From assembly GCA_965226555.1 (NCBI GenBank), contig CBDDDG010000012.1, positions 126,388 to 190,387 on the forward strand: a stretch of DNA of 64,000 nt, in the 5' to 3' direction. This stretch comes from Salinispira sp. (GTDB lineage Bacteria; Spirochaetota; Spirochaetia; DSM-27196; Salinispiraceae). The notes under the pieces were generated by a model, which saw only the letters and a list, made by a program, of their open reading frames with translations, made no database searches and was not told the origin of the DNA. Shown here in pieces: positions 1-9,797 of the stretch (its first letter is position 1; every line of letters starts with the position of its first letter). A program made the position numbers and the translations under genes.

Positions 1-1247
1 CAGAGCGAGATATCGCCATTGAATGCAGTTGCAGAACTGAACGTAGCGTTCATATTTGTTACCGCCGCAGTATCCCAGAGCGAGATATCGCCATTGAACA
101 TGCTATTATTTTTAAAAATATCGGACATATCCGTTACCGCAGTGGTAATAATGTAGTTGAAATCGGCAGTATTGCCCCATGTTGATATCCCCGTAGTTAC
201 CGCTGTTTTCAGTTCACCATTACCGCCGTCATCATCACCATCGCCACCAGCAGCAACAGCATCATCAGGACTCACGGTAACATAAAAATGTTCGGCAAAG
301 AGTATGTCATCGGTTTCTGTTTTAATGCCGTATACCAGATATGTTCCTGCTGTTGTACCTGCGGTAACCCTAATCGTAGTACCGGTAAGCTGATCATAAG
401 TCGGCAGGGTGATCCCTGCGGGCGGAGGTACGAAGGTTGGCTCAATGTCTCCTTCTTTAACCGTGTGAGTGCCCGTTATCACATAAACGGCTGGTTTCTC
501 ACTGGCAATAATTTCATTAAGGGCAGCCGAAAGGTTTACATCCGCTGCCATATTCGCGGGAGTCTTTATCGCAGAATCTGTTGGTGTTTTCGTTGCGAGC
601 ATAGACCAGTCGCCATTGCCGATTTCATTGACAGCGCGCACCCGTACTTCGTAATCGGCGTCGTTTGTCAGGCCGTCAATGCTGTGATCGTGCTTGCCCG
701 GTGCCGGAGCAATTTCCGTCCATGATCCGTTGCCTGTGCGATACTGCAATTCGTACCCGGTAACGGGGCTGCCTCCGTCATCTTCCGGGGCAGTCCATAG
801 AGCAACAAGCCGCCCAGTGCCCGCATAAAGGGTTGGGGCAACCGGCGCGTCAGGAACAGTAGCAGGGGGAGTTTCAGCGGCAGATTCCGACCAGTCGCCA
901 GCGCCAATTTCATTGACGGCGCGCACCTGTACGTCGTACTCGGCGGCCTTTGTCAGTCCGGTAATGGGGTAGCTTGTGTTTGTGCCGATGCCTTCGCTAA
1001 TTTCTGTCCATTCTTCCTCGCCTGTGCGATATTGCAGATCATACGCGGTAATGGGGCTGCCGCCGTTGTTCGGCGCAGTCCATGTGGCAATGAGTTGCTC
1101 ATTCCCCGCTTCAAGGGTTGGCGCAGCCATTGTGCCCGGCACAGTTGGCTCCGCCACCGGTTCCGGCATTGGACATCCAGCAATCAATACAATAAAAATT
1201 GCGCAGAATAGAAAAAAGATTGTTCCTTTGTATGACGTGATTCTCAT
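1..1247 (-). CDS. FN3-domain + BspA/DUF285 repeat surface lipoprotein (runs off the window start)
   Basis: Manual translation from ATG at 1247 (GGAGG upstream): MRITSYKGTIFFLFCAIFIVLIAGC lipobox, two FN3 repeats (W-TAP..GGSPIT.Y...VRAVN), then FNGDISLWDT repeats. Paralog of 32198-34338 and 41140-43124. Confidence 0.85.
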   Translation of the reverse strand, partial: MRITSYKGTIFFLFCAIFIVLIAGCPMPEPVAEPTVPGTMAAPTLEAGNEQLIATWTAPNNGGSPITAYDLQYRTGEEEWTEISEGIGTNTSYPITGLTKAAEYDVQVRAVNEIGAGDWSESAAETPPATVPDAPVAPTLYAGTGRLVALWTAPEDDGGSPVTGYELQYRTGNGSWTEIAPAPGKHDHSIDGLTNDADYEVRVRAVNEIGNGDWSMLATKTPTDSAIKTPANMAADVNLSAALNEIIASEKPAVYVITGTHTVKEGDIEPTFVPPPAGITLPTYDQLTGTTIRVTAGTTAGTYLVYGIKTETDDILFAEHFYVTVSPDDAVAAGGDGDDDGGNGELKTAVTTGISTWGNTADFNYIITTAVTDMSDIFKNNSMFNGDISLWDTAAVTNMNATFSSATAFNGDISL

Positions 1248-1426
1248 ATATTTTGCCTCCTAAAATGGCTAATATCAATTCAAAACTTTCTATAAGATTA
1301 TAGTATCATGTTCAAAGAATCCATGCAATACAAACATCTTGCAAAACACAACATTCTTTCAAATTATTTCCAAAAACATAGTCAAGAATGACAGTTCTCC
1401 CGTTATAGATATAGCAGGAGATATTT

Positions 1427-2498
1427 ATGAAAAAATCATCCCACAGCACAGGCCACATCCACGACATAGCCTTCAAGATCGCCTACTACAGAACCCCCCG
1501 GATGATTCCCGACCTGCTGCGGCTGTTCTGTGAGGATACAACGCTTGCCAATCTGGACATGGAAAAAATCCACATTGAAACCCCCAGCTACATTGCAGGA
1601 AAAAAGAACCTTCACTGCGATCTCGTTGTCAGCGCCCCCTTCCTGTCAGACTCCGACCGGAAGTCCCTTTTTATTATTGAGCACAAAAGCTACCAGCACA
1701 AACATGCTCTCACACAGATTGATAACTATCAGTATGTCATCAGAAACAGCAATGTGTACAATGAAAAGGATGCTATCTATATATTACTGCTTTACCATGG
1801 AAAAAAGGAATGGAACCTCCCACGCGAATTTTACAGTTCGCATGGAAATCCAGCTTCCGAATCCATGACTGAAGGCACGGTAGATGTCAAGGTGAAAGTG
1901 TCGTACATTGTGCGCGATCTTTGTAGAATGAAAAAGGAGCAGTTGGCATGGCGTTTCGATGGAAAACAATATACATCGACTGCATTGTGGTATATAATGC
2001 GAGATAATAACAAAGTTTTTCCTAAAGGAAAAACTTTCTATACCGTGAGAGAATCAAGAATATAGATGAGAGAATCCTCATTTGAAAATTGTGCAGAGCA
2101 CAATTTTCAGTGAGATGAATGTTGAGGGGCTGAAAGAGATTGCGCGGCTCCTAAACGGTCTGTCATCACAAGACTTTACTGATCTAGCAGAGAGTGTGTT
2201 AGGCTATCTAAAAGATTTGGGACTGTATGAACAGTTTGAGAAAATTAACAGGGAAGTATATCCTGAAGGAGAAAACAGTATGCGGACATATAACATAACC
2301 AACGCCTTCGTCAGGGAAGGCATGGAGAAAGGTATTCTGAAAGGTCGTGTTGAGGGGCTTGAACAGGGGCAAGCTCAGCTCCAGCGTGAACAGGTACCCC
2401 AAATGCTTAAGGATGGTCTGTCGATAGACCGTATTCGTAAGTACACTAAGCTCAGCGATGATGAAATTCAAGCATTTCAGAAAAACGGACAGGGATAA
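1427..2498 (+). pseudogene. Rpn family nuclease (YhgA-like), interrupted by a 103-bp palindromic insertion
   Basis: HD..FK, CDLV, IIEHKS and LLYHG..W motifs. Colinear with the copy at 12745-13859 except for extra DNA at 2009-2111, which introduces stops and a frameshift. Confidence 0.85.
2011..2111. repeat. Modular palindromic repeat (hairpin A variant + spacer module + hairpin B)
   Basis: AAAGTTTTTCC-TAAA-GGAAAAACTTT and TGAAAATTGTGC-AGA-GCACAATTTTCA hairpins; close to 34526-34619 and 51841-51951. Confidence 0.9.
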
Positions 2499-2561
2499 TA
2501 GCGCTGGCATATATAGCGGAAACAAAACTTCTGCGCATATTCTTTTATGCGCGGAAAACCG

Positions 2562-2635
2562 GGGGGTGTAGCTCAGTTGGCTAGAGCACTTGCATGGCAT
2601 GCAAGGGGTCACGGGTTCAAGTCCCGTCACCTCCA
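2562..2635 (+). tRNA. tRNA-Ala(GGC)
   Basis: Acceptor stem GGGGGTG/CACCTCC, anticodon arm CTTGC-ATGGCAT-GCAAG, T-loop GGTTCAAGTCC; CCA not encoded. Confidence 0.95.
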
Positions 2636-2645
2636 GAAATATCAT

Positions 2646-2710
2646 AAAGTTTTGCTACTGGAAATTGTGCTTGCACAATTTTCCAAGGAAAAACTCAATG
2701 CAAAACTTTC
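2646..2710. repeat. Modular palindromic repeat (hairpin B, inverted) after tRNA-Ala
   Basis: GGAAATTGTGC-TT-GCACAATTTTCC flanked by AAAGTTTTGC and GCAAAACTTTC. Confidence 0.85.
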
Positions 2711-2725
2711 TCGTATTATCCCATT

Positions 2726-4771
2726 ATGAATATACATAATTCACCAGATCGGCTGAGCGGTATTCTTATTCCTCTTTTTTCATTGCGAAGTCCTGAATCG
2801 CCCGGAAGCGGAGATTTTTTGAGCCTTATTGAGCTTGGTCGGTGGTGTGTTGAGGCGGGAGTTGATATTATTCAGCTTCTGCCGGTGAACGATAGCGGTA
2901 CGGATCCATCGCCCTACAGCGCTCTGAGTGCCTATGCGCTGCATCCGCTGTACCTTCGAATGAGCGCCCTGCCGGAGTATGGGGCGCTTTCGGGGGCGGA
3001 GAAAACAGCGCTTGAACCCGCCATGGGCAGGCTGCGGGAATACGATGCGGGGGAACGTTTTTCGTATCGTAATGTTCTCGACTGTAAGCAGAAAATTCTC
3101 AAGGATGTGTTTCAGTACCGGACAAAGGCGATTGTGGAAAATACAGATTTTCAGCATTGGATTGATATGAATTGCTGGGTAATGGAGTATTCGGTGTTTC
3201 GGAGCATTAAGGCGGAGCATGAATCCCGATCGTGGCTGGAATGGGAGCATCATCGAAATCCCACCGAAGAGGAAATTGAGGAATTGTGGCAGTCGGAAAG
3301 ATACAGGGAATCGAACCGGTTTTTTGCATGGCTGCAATATCGGCTGGAGCAGCAGTTTCTGGAGGCGGCGGGTGCGCTCAGGGAGCTCGGAATAGCGCTG
3401 AAGGGTGATATCCCCATTCTCATGAATGACGATAGTGTTGATGTTTGGGCGCGCCGGGAATTTTTTCATTGTGATCTTCGGGCGGGCGCGCCGCCGGATA
3501 TGTTTTCCAAGCGTGGGCAGAATTGGGGCTTTCCCATATATAATTGGGAGGCGCTGAAGGAGCGCGGCTATGGCTGGTGGAAACTTCGGCTCCGGCAGGC
3601 AGCAAAATTCTACTCGGCATACCGTATAGACCACGTTCTGGGCTTTTTCCGAATATGGACAATTCATCAGTCGCATACGACGGGCGCGCTCGGCTACTTT
3701 GTGCCTGCCTGCCGCATTAGCAGGCAGGAGCTCCATGAAATTGCTTTCGATGATGCGCGCATACAATGGCTTGCCGAACCGCATGTACGCCGAGACCAGC
3801 TGGAGCATGCGCTGGGCGATGCGCTGCGGGGCGATGCGTTGCGGGGCGATGCGTTGCGGGGGCGGACGGAGGATGTTATTTCTGTCTGTTTTCGGCAATT
3901 ACCCGGTGAGAATGTGTATCTTTTTACAGAGGATATTCAGGGTGAAAAAAGCATACTGGCGCTGCCCTTCGATGATGATGTAAAGCAGGCGCTGCTGGAA
4001 ATGTATTGGGATCGCGCGCTTATCTGCGTGGGAACAGATCAGTTTTCGGCAGCATGGCATTTTCATTCCTGTAGCCGTTACAGTGATCTTAGTGAAGGGG
4101 AGAAAACCGCATTTGAGCGAATTGTCGCTGAAAAACATAGCGAAAATGAGCGATTGTGGGAGGGGCGCGGGGAAGAGCTTCTCGCGTTCATACGAAAGGA
4201 AGTTGATCTATTATGCTGTGCCGAAGATTTAGGCGCGGTTCCGGACTGTGTGCCGGGTGTACTCGACAGGCTTGGTATTCTCGGGCTGAAAATTCCACGA
4301 TGGGAGAGAAGAGGGGAGACCTTCATTCCGCCTGAGCAGTATCCGGCCAATACGGTCTGCGCTCCCTCCGTTCACGATACGAGCACCATCCGCGAATGGT
4401 GGGAATACGGGGATGGACACGAGGATGCCCATAAGAACAGCAGAGAAGCCTTCTGGCAGATGCTCTACCCGGGGAAGCCCTGCCCGGAGGAATACAGCTC
4501 CGAGACTGCGGAAAGGGTCATACGGAGGCTCCTCGATGCGCGGTCGAAAATTATTGTGTTTCAGATTCAGGATATCTTCGCGCTTGATCAGAAGTATCAT
4601 GTTGATGATTCACGAACAGAACGCATGAACATTCCCGGAACCGTACAGGAAAGTAATTGGTCGTACCGCCTGCCCATGAGCATACAGGAGCTGAGGCGCA
4701 ATGCAGTATTCACCGTGAAAATACGCAGCCTGCTCGCAGGTCGGGTGGTGCGGAAAATCGGCGGGCGGTGA
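2726..4771 (+). CDS. malQ: 4-alpha-glucanotransferase (amylomaltase, GH77)
   Basis: IQLLPVND, SPYS, GAPPD.FS..GQNWGFP.Y, YRIDHVLGFFRIW, AEDLG and HD motifs. Confidence 0.92.
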   Translation: MNIHNSPDRLSGILIPLFSLRSPESPGSGDFLSLIELGRWCVEAGVDIIQLLPVNDSGTDPSPYSALSAYALHPLYLRMSALPEYGALSGAEKTALEPAMGRLREYDAGERFSYRNVLDCKQKILKDVFQYRTKAIVENTDFQHWIDMNCWVMEYSVFRSIKAEHESRSWLEWEHHRNPTEEEIEELWQSERYRESNRFFAWLQYRLEQQFLEAAGALRELGIALKGDIPILMNDDSVDVWARREFFHCDLRAGAPPDMFSKRGQNWGFPIYNWEALKERGYGWWKLRLRQAAKFYSAYRIDHVLGFFRIWTIHQSHTTGALGYFVPACRISRQELHEIAFDDARIQWLAEPHVRRDQLEHALGDALRGDALRGDALRGRTEDVISVCFRQLPGENVYLFTEDIQGEKSILALPFDDDVKQALLEMYWDRALICVGTDQFSAAWHFHSCSRYSDLSEGEKTAFERIVAEKHSENERLWEGRGEELLAFIRKEVDLLCCAEDLGAVPDCVPGVLDRLGILGLKIPRWERRGETFIPPEQYPANTVCAPSVHDTSTIREWWEYGDGHEDAHKNSREAFWQMLYPGKPCPEEYSSETAERVIRRLLDARSKIIVFQIQDIFALDQKYHVDDSRTERMNIPGTVQESNWSYRLPMSIQELRRNAVFTVKIRSLLAGRVVRKIGGR

Positions 4772-4819
4772 GTGCTGCAGGTGCGCGGGCGGCACAGGGC
4801 GGGCGGTGAGCGCTGCGCC

Positions 4820-6067
4820 TTAGTTGGGTGTTTTCTTCCGGTAGAGTGTGGTTTTCAGATAGTCAGTAGTTGCCTCGAAGACCGGGTCTGTTTCATTCAG
4901 GTTCTGCATGAGGGGAATTATCTTGGTTCGCACGCCCATTCCGCGGGAATCGATATAGCCATAGTCGCGGAGAATGTCCGTTATGAGGGTATTTCGCGGG
5001 GAGCGCTGTCCGGCGATCATTTTGTCAATGGTCATGGCATTTTGCAGCTTTCCCGGGCTGATGACCTCCAATCGATCTGAATAATTTGTTACTTCAATAT
5101 CGACCGATCTTGTCCAGTCCCGATGAGCCAGCGCATTAATTACTGTTTCCCGAACGGCTTCCCATGGATAATAAAAAGTCTTATCTCTCCGCATAAATTC
5201 ATTTATTTCATCGGCTTCGAGGGTAATAAATGGCGCTATCGCAGACGAAAACTTTTCAATGAGTCCATCGTCAATTAACTGCCTGTGGTTTGTTCCCGCC
5301 ATTTCCCAGCGGCCGACCAGCGGGGCGTCAATACGCGTATCGAGCTGAGAGCGGTAGGTTTTATCATCGCCGGAAAAAGACATAACCCGCAGTCCGGCCT
5401 GACCGAGATATCGGCGGGGGGAAATGCCGAAGCAGAGCAATCCGGCAATTGAACACACCGAGTTGCCCAAAGCATCCTGAGCCATGAGCCCAAGCCCCGA
5501 CAGCCGTTTTATCCACTCTGAATCGCTTTCGGGAATCTCCGGGTCTCCAATAATTGCCCGCAGATAGTAGGTGAGCCGGGTTTTATCCATGTTCAATACC
5601 GAGGTGCCCGGAACAGGCAGAATTTCAACATGAAGAATGCCTCCGCTTTCGAAAAGGCGCAATTGCTGCTCACGGCTTGCAATTTCAGATCGATTCGCCA
5701 TGCGTATATAAATATCTTCGCGGTTATTATGGCGCAGTGCATAGGGTTTTGATATTCCCGCCGCAATTGAAATTACTCCAACGCGTATGCCCGATTCTAT
5801 GTGTATTTCTTCATAAAAGGGAATAATTTGCGGATGCACCTTGTCCCTGAAGACATTTAAGACCCATTCCTGAGTATCGGTGCCGGCGCGTTGGAGTCCG
5901 GTACATTGTCCATTGTCTTCCACGCCTAAAAATATTCGTCCGCCTTGAACATTTGCAAATGCGGCAATTTCCTTTGCCAACTGCTCCGGGCGAATATCAT
6001 CTCTCTTGAACTCCACACCGGAATTTTCGCCATTACTAATAATTTCCAGCAACTCAGATTTTAGCAT
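4820..6067 (-). CDS. AlbA_2 (Schlafen-like) + ATP-binding/RecG-C-like domain protein
   Basis: GENSGVEFK, AFAN..GG.I.LGV.D, RE.VINALAHRDW, ISPG and RN..I...LRD motifs. Confidence 0.8.
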   Translation of the reverse strand: MLKSELLEIISNGENSGVEFKRDDIRPEQLAKEIAAFANVQGGRIFLGVEDNGQCTGLQRAGTDTQEWVLNVFRDKVHPQIIPFYEEIHIESGIRVGVISIAAGISKPYALRHNNREDIYIRMANRSEIASREQQLRLFESGGILHVEILPVPGTSVLNMDKTRLTYYLRAIIGDPEIPESDSEWIKRLSGLGLMAQDALGNSVCSIAGLLCFGISPRRYLGQAGLRVMSFSGDDKTYRSQLDTRIDAPLVGRWEMAGTNHRQLIDDGLIEKFSSAIAPFITLEADEINEFMRRDKTFYYPWEAVRETVINALAHRDWTRSVDIEVTNYSDRLEVISPGKLQNAMTIDKMIAGQRSPRNTLITDILRDYGYIDSRGMGVRTKIIPLMQNLNETDPVFEATTDYLKTTLYRKKTPN

Positions 6068-6073
6068 AATTCC

Positions 6074-6934
6074 TCAGTGGAAGATGACGGTTTTGTTTTG
6101 AAACACGAGGACGCGGTGCTGCAGATGAAGCATAACCGCGCGTTCGAGCACTGCGCGTTCGAGGTTTCGCCCGGCGCGCATAATGTCGGTCACGGAGTCC
6201 CTGTGAGATATGCGGGTTACGTCCTGCTCAATAATTGGTCCTTCATCCAGATCGGCAGTGGCATAATGGCTTGTGGCGCCGATAATTTTGACACCGCGTT
6301 TGTATGCCTGATGATAGGGGCGCGCGCCAATGAAGGCGGGAAGGAAGCTATGATGAATGTTGATGATACGGTTCGGAAAGGAGTGTATGAACTGTGTAGA
6401 AAGAATTTGCATATAGCGGGCGAGAATGACAGTATCTACCCCAAGCTGTGAGAGCCGTTCGATCTGCTCCCGTTCTGCCGTCTGGCGGGTGTCGGGAGAG
6501 ACGGGAATGTGGTAGAAGGGAACGCCAAACCATTGAGCGGTGTCGGCTGCGGTGGGGTGATTACTTACAACAGCGGCAACTTCAGCCGGAATTTCTCCTT
6601 CCCGATGCCGGAGGAGAAGATCATAGAGGCAGTATAATTCCCGGGAAACAAATATGGCTATGCGCTGTACATTGTTTGAAAAATGGAGATACCAATCCAT
6701 ATTAAAGCGGTCGGCAAGTGGACGGAAATTTTCTGTGAGATCATGTTCTGACAGATCAAAATTATTCAGATCCCATTCCATGCGCATGAAAAAAGTTCCA
6801 CTTTCGTCATCATAGTACTGACTGGAATCTATGATATTTCCGTTATGTTGATGAATAAAACCTGAAATTGCCGCAACAATTCCCTTGCGATCGGGACAGG
6901 AAAAAAGAAGAACAGCACGTGAATGAGTTTTCAT
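6074..6934 (-). CDS. purU: Formyltetrahydrofolate deformylase
   Basis: N-terminal ACT-like CPDRKGIVA; LARYMQILS, INIHHSFLPAF.GA.PY, LDEGPIIEQD. Confidence 0.95.
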   Translation of the reverse strand: MKTHSRAVLLFSCPDRKGIVAAISGFIHQHNGNIIDSSQYYDDESGTFFMRMEWDLNNFDLSEHDLTENFRPLADRFNMDWYLHFSNNVQRIAIFVSRELYCLYDLLLRHREGEIPAEVAAVVSNHPTAADTAQWFGVPFYHIPVSPDTRQTAEREQIERLSQLGVDTVILARYMQILSTQFIHSFPNRIINIHHSFLPAFIGARPYHQAYKRGVKIIGATSHYATADLDEGPIIEQDVTRISHRDSVTDIMRAGRNLERAVLERAVMLHLQHRVLVFQNKTVIFH

Positions 6935-7014
6935 ATCTATAAAATTCCTTCCTTTTTTCCTATTATACTATCAGAAATTTTTACATTGATAAAGGAAAAA
7001 ATGGGCAGCTGGGT

Positions 7015-8265
7015 GGGATATTAAGGTTTGAACAGACCCCACTTTGACCTATTATGCGATCATTTCTTCCGAGTGCCAAGCCCTCCATCGCTCAAGCGTC
7101 GGCCGTGTGAGCCGTTGCTCCATTATGATCGGCTTGAGCCGGAGAATATCACTATCCACATTGGTATTCCGTTGCCTCAAAAGATCCAGCGGAGTCCCTT
7201 TTCGGTAGGTGTTGAACCGCCGGTAATTGAAATCTATCTGATACTCCTCGGCTTCCTTAAGAAACTCATTGAGCTTTGGATTCATCACCTGACTGTAGAA
7301 CTCATCCTCAATGAGCCGGTGCGAGGACTCGACAGAACTGTTCCATGTGCAATGCCCGGGCGGAATACGCCGATACTCGACACCCGCCTGTATGAGCGCC
7401 TGCTCAAACCCCGATGTTCGGGTTTTGCTCAGATGTCGAACGGTGAACTCTGCCCCGTTATCGGTCTGAACCGTTATGTCCTTGGCAAGGTCTCCGTCAT
7501 GATTCCGCAGGTGCTCCAGCAGGTACTCGGCGAACAAGGTTGTTACCATACTGCTCTTCTCATTGGCAAAGGCGTACCACAGAGCCCCTGTCGCCCGATC
7601 CCGGGCAGTTATCTGGTACTTCGGAACGTCTAAACACTTCTGAGAAAACCGCATAGCGGGAATGTCCGTCAGATACTTGATATCAATCTGAATGCACTCG
7701 CCGAACTTCATCCTGTCGGTTACCTCCCGCAAATCTCTCTTGGGCCGCGCCTTCGGCTTCTTTGTTTTCTGCGCCCCTATCTGCTTTAGCGTCTTGATAA
7801 TCGTCGGCAGGCTGTACTTCCCGCCAACTTCCGCCTTCAACTGCTTTTGCACCTGCGTTCCAATGATTTTGTTGTGATTCCGATTCTTGGTCTGGACAAG
7901 ACTCTCGAGATGACACCGGTGCCCGAATTTCATCTTCATCGGATGATTGGTCGTGCCCCGCTTTTTGTCTTCAAGCCCCTCGCCGGATTCAAAGCGCCGA
8001 ACCCACCGCCGCACCGTGTTGCGCGACACCTCGAACTCCCGAGCAGCCGCCTTGATCGAATGCTCCTGGGCATACCGAACCATCCGCAACCGCCAATCAT
8101 ACATCGAAGCCGCCTGATACTTCCGAGACTTGAGATGATACTGAGAATATGTGATACTACTGTTCACTGTTTCCCTCCTTTTATGTTTTATACAACCCCC
8201 CAGTGTATACGAATAACCTTCGTTTTACACTGGGGAGGAGGGGTCTGTCCAAAGGTTTATATCCC
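7015..8265 (-). mobile_element. IS481-like insertion sequence with 26-bp imperfect TIRs and an 18-bp flanking direct repeat
   Basis: GGGATATTAAGGTTTGAACAGACCCC (7015-7040) vs reverse complement of 8240-8265 GGGATATAAACCTTTGGACAGACCCC; AAAAATGGGCAGCTGGGT at 6997-7014 and 8266-8283. Confidence 0.88.
7052..8167 (-). CDS. DDE transposase (HTH + integrase core), IS481-like
   Basis: HTH AAREFEVSRNTVRRWVRRF; QIDIKY...QTDNGAEF...NSSVESSHR DDE triad. Confidence 0.9.
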   Translation of the reverse strand: MNSSITYSQYHLKSRKYQAASMYDWRLRMVRYAQEHSIKAAAREFEVSRNTVRRWVRRFESGEGLEDKKRGTTNHPMKMKFGHRCHLESLVQTKNRNHNKIIGTQVQKQLKAEVGGKYSLPTIIKTLKQIGAQKTKKPKARPKRDLREVTDRMKFGECIQIDIKYLTDIPAMRFSQKCLDVPKYQITARDRATGALWYAFANEKSSMVTTLFAEYLLEHLRNHDGDLAKDITVQTDNGAEFTVRHLSKTRTSGFEQALIQAGVEYRRIPPGHCTWNSSVESSHRLIEDEFYSQVMNPKLNEFLKEAEEYQIDFNYRRFNTYRKGTPLDLLRQRNTNVDSDILRLKPIIMEQRLTRPTLERWRAWHSEEMIA

Positions 8266-8400
8266 AAAAATGGGCAGCTGGGTGAGTTGACATAAAATTA
8301 TTTTTGATTATGCTAGACCATAGTGGATCCTGAAAAACCGCTATTTCCGCGATGCAGTGTTAAATACCCGTGTTTCCAGAGCTTCCCTATAGATAAATCC

Positions 8401-9627
8401 ATGTTTGAAAGTATTATTGCCATTGCCCAAAAAATAAATTTTTCTCAGCAGACCAGAATGAACGCGCTCCTCGCAAGTAATGTCCTTCGTAGGGAATTGC
8501 TACATTCCGATATTATCAAAATGTTTATTGATCCACATTTTGACAAAGACGGACAACGGTTGCGGTTCTTTTTGGAAGCGGTTGGAAAAAAATCTCTCGG
8601 ACGCACGCGAAAAAACATTTCATTGCCAAAACATGTTACAAAATCGCGGGTGCCCAATGTGTACGTTCGCAGGGAATATGAGAATATTGATATTCTCATT
8701 ACATACAGAGCTAAAAATAACAGGCCCATTGCTATCATTATTGAAAACAAAATTGATGCTCCCGATCAGGACAGACAACTTGAGAGATATATTAGTACAA
8801 TGCAAGATGAAGGATATAACGAAGTAGGGTCGGACATTTTCCCCATCTATTTATCTCTAACTGGTAAGGAACCAGAACAGAAATCTATTGGAAACTACGA
8901 CATAGATAATATTATTATGTGTTCGTACGAAGAGCATATTCGGTCGTGGCTTGATGAATGTACTTTACATGAACAGGATAATTATATGAAGAGTAATGTA
9001 ACCATGTATAAGGAAATGGTGGAGGTTTTGATGAGTGATGAGAAAAACAAATGGGAAGCAGTTGAGGCTGTTTTCAATGCGGCTGACATAAAGGAGCCGA
9101 AGCAATTAGAATTATTGACCGATGCGGTTCGGAGAAAAGCACAGGTAAGGTTCTTGCAGAAGCTTTGCGGGGAGCTTTCAAGAAGAATAAAAAAACTTCC
9201 TAGAGTCAGTAAATACGCATATACTTCAAAGGCATCAATTGAGAGGCAGGCGAAGGCTTCAGATGAATACGGGTTCAGCTTTCAAATAGCTGCAAATCTT
9301 TTATGGTCTGTTAAATTTGACTGGAGTAATAAAAAATATTTTTTGTTTACTGGTTTACAACCGATTCCAGAAGGAGAAATTGATGAGGAAATAAGAAAAA
9401 AAATCATCAAAGCAGTCATGCCAAAAAAATACTCTCATTATAAGAGGAATGACGATCACTGGTATATTCGGTCAGATACCTATGATTTGGAGATGTCATT
9501 CCGTCGCGATGAGGAGACGAAGAATGCATCTGTAAAAGATTGGGAAGATTGGGCGCATGAATATGCAGATTATTTCTATGATAATTTAGTGGAGTGTTGC
9601 GAATTGGCAAAGAGTGCTTCGAAATGA
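8401..9627 (+). CDS. PD-(D/E)XK nuclease family protein (PDDEXK_4-like)
   Basis: E..HS, RE..NIDILI, IIIENKI.A.DQ..QL.RY motifs. Start uncertain (GTG 8323 or ATG 8401). Confidence 0.75.
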   Translation: MFESIIAIAQKINFSQQTRMNALLASNVLRRELLHSDIIKMFIDPHFDKDGQRLRFFLEAVGKKSLGRTRKNISLPKHVTKSRVPNVYVRREYENIDILITYRAKNNRPIAIIIENKIDAPDQDRQLERYISTMQDEGYNEVGSDIFPIYLSLTGKEPEQKSIGNYDIDNIIMCSYEEHIRSWLDECTLHEQDNYMKSNVTMYKEMVEVLMSDEKNKWEAVEAVFNAADIKEPKQLELLTDAVRRKAQVRFLQKLCGELSRRIKKLPRVSKYAYTSKASIERQAKASDEYGFSFQIAANLLWSVKFDWSNKKYFLFTGLQPIPEGEIDEEIRKKIIKAVMPKKYSHYKRNDDHWYIRSDTYDLEMSFRRDEETKNASVKDWEDWAHEYADYFYDNLVECCELAKSASK

Positions 9628-9729
9628 ACATGAATCTCTGAACCCAACATTCCTGCTTTCGCATATGTGAAAGAAAACGGTGTCGGAATCATCAAAAGCC
9701 GCGAATGCGCAATTCCTTCAGAAACAGCA

Positions 9730-9762
9730 TACAGAAAATTTTGCCCAAAAAATTTTCTGTAT
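9730..9762. terminator. Hairpin between convergent genes, possible bidirectional terminator
   Basis: TACAGAAAATTTT-GCCCAA-AAAATTTTCTGTA inverted repeat; resembles repeat module A. Confidence 0.5.
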
Positions 9763-9797
9763 TAAAATATTTTTTCAATCCACCATCAACATTAAAT

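Noticed and set aside
1382..1406. Sigma-28 promoter in the Rpn leader (TCAAG...CCCGTTAT)
   Set aside because: Spacer is shorter than the FliA consensus; kept only as an unexplained conserved motif.
2009..2111. Self-splicing intron in the Rpn gene
   Set aside because: Too short, no group I/II features, and made of the dispersed repeat modules.
2562..2635. tRNA-Ala as integration site
   Set aside because: No integrase nearby and no duplicated tRNA 3' end seen.
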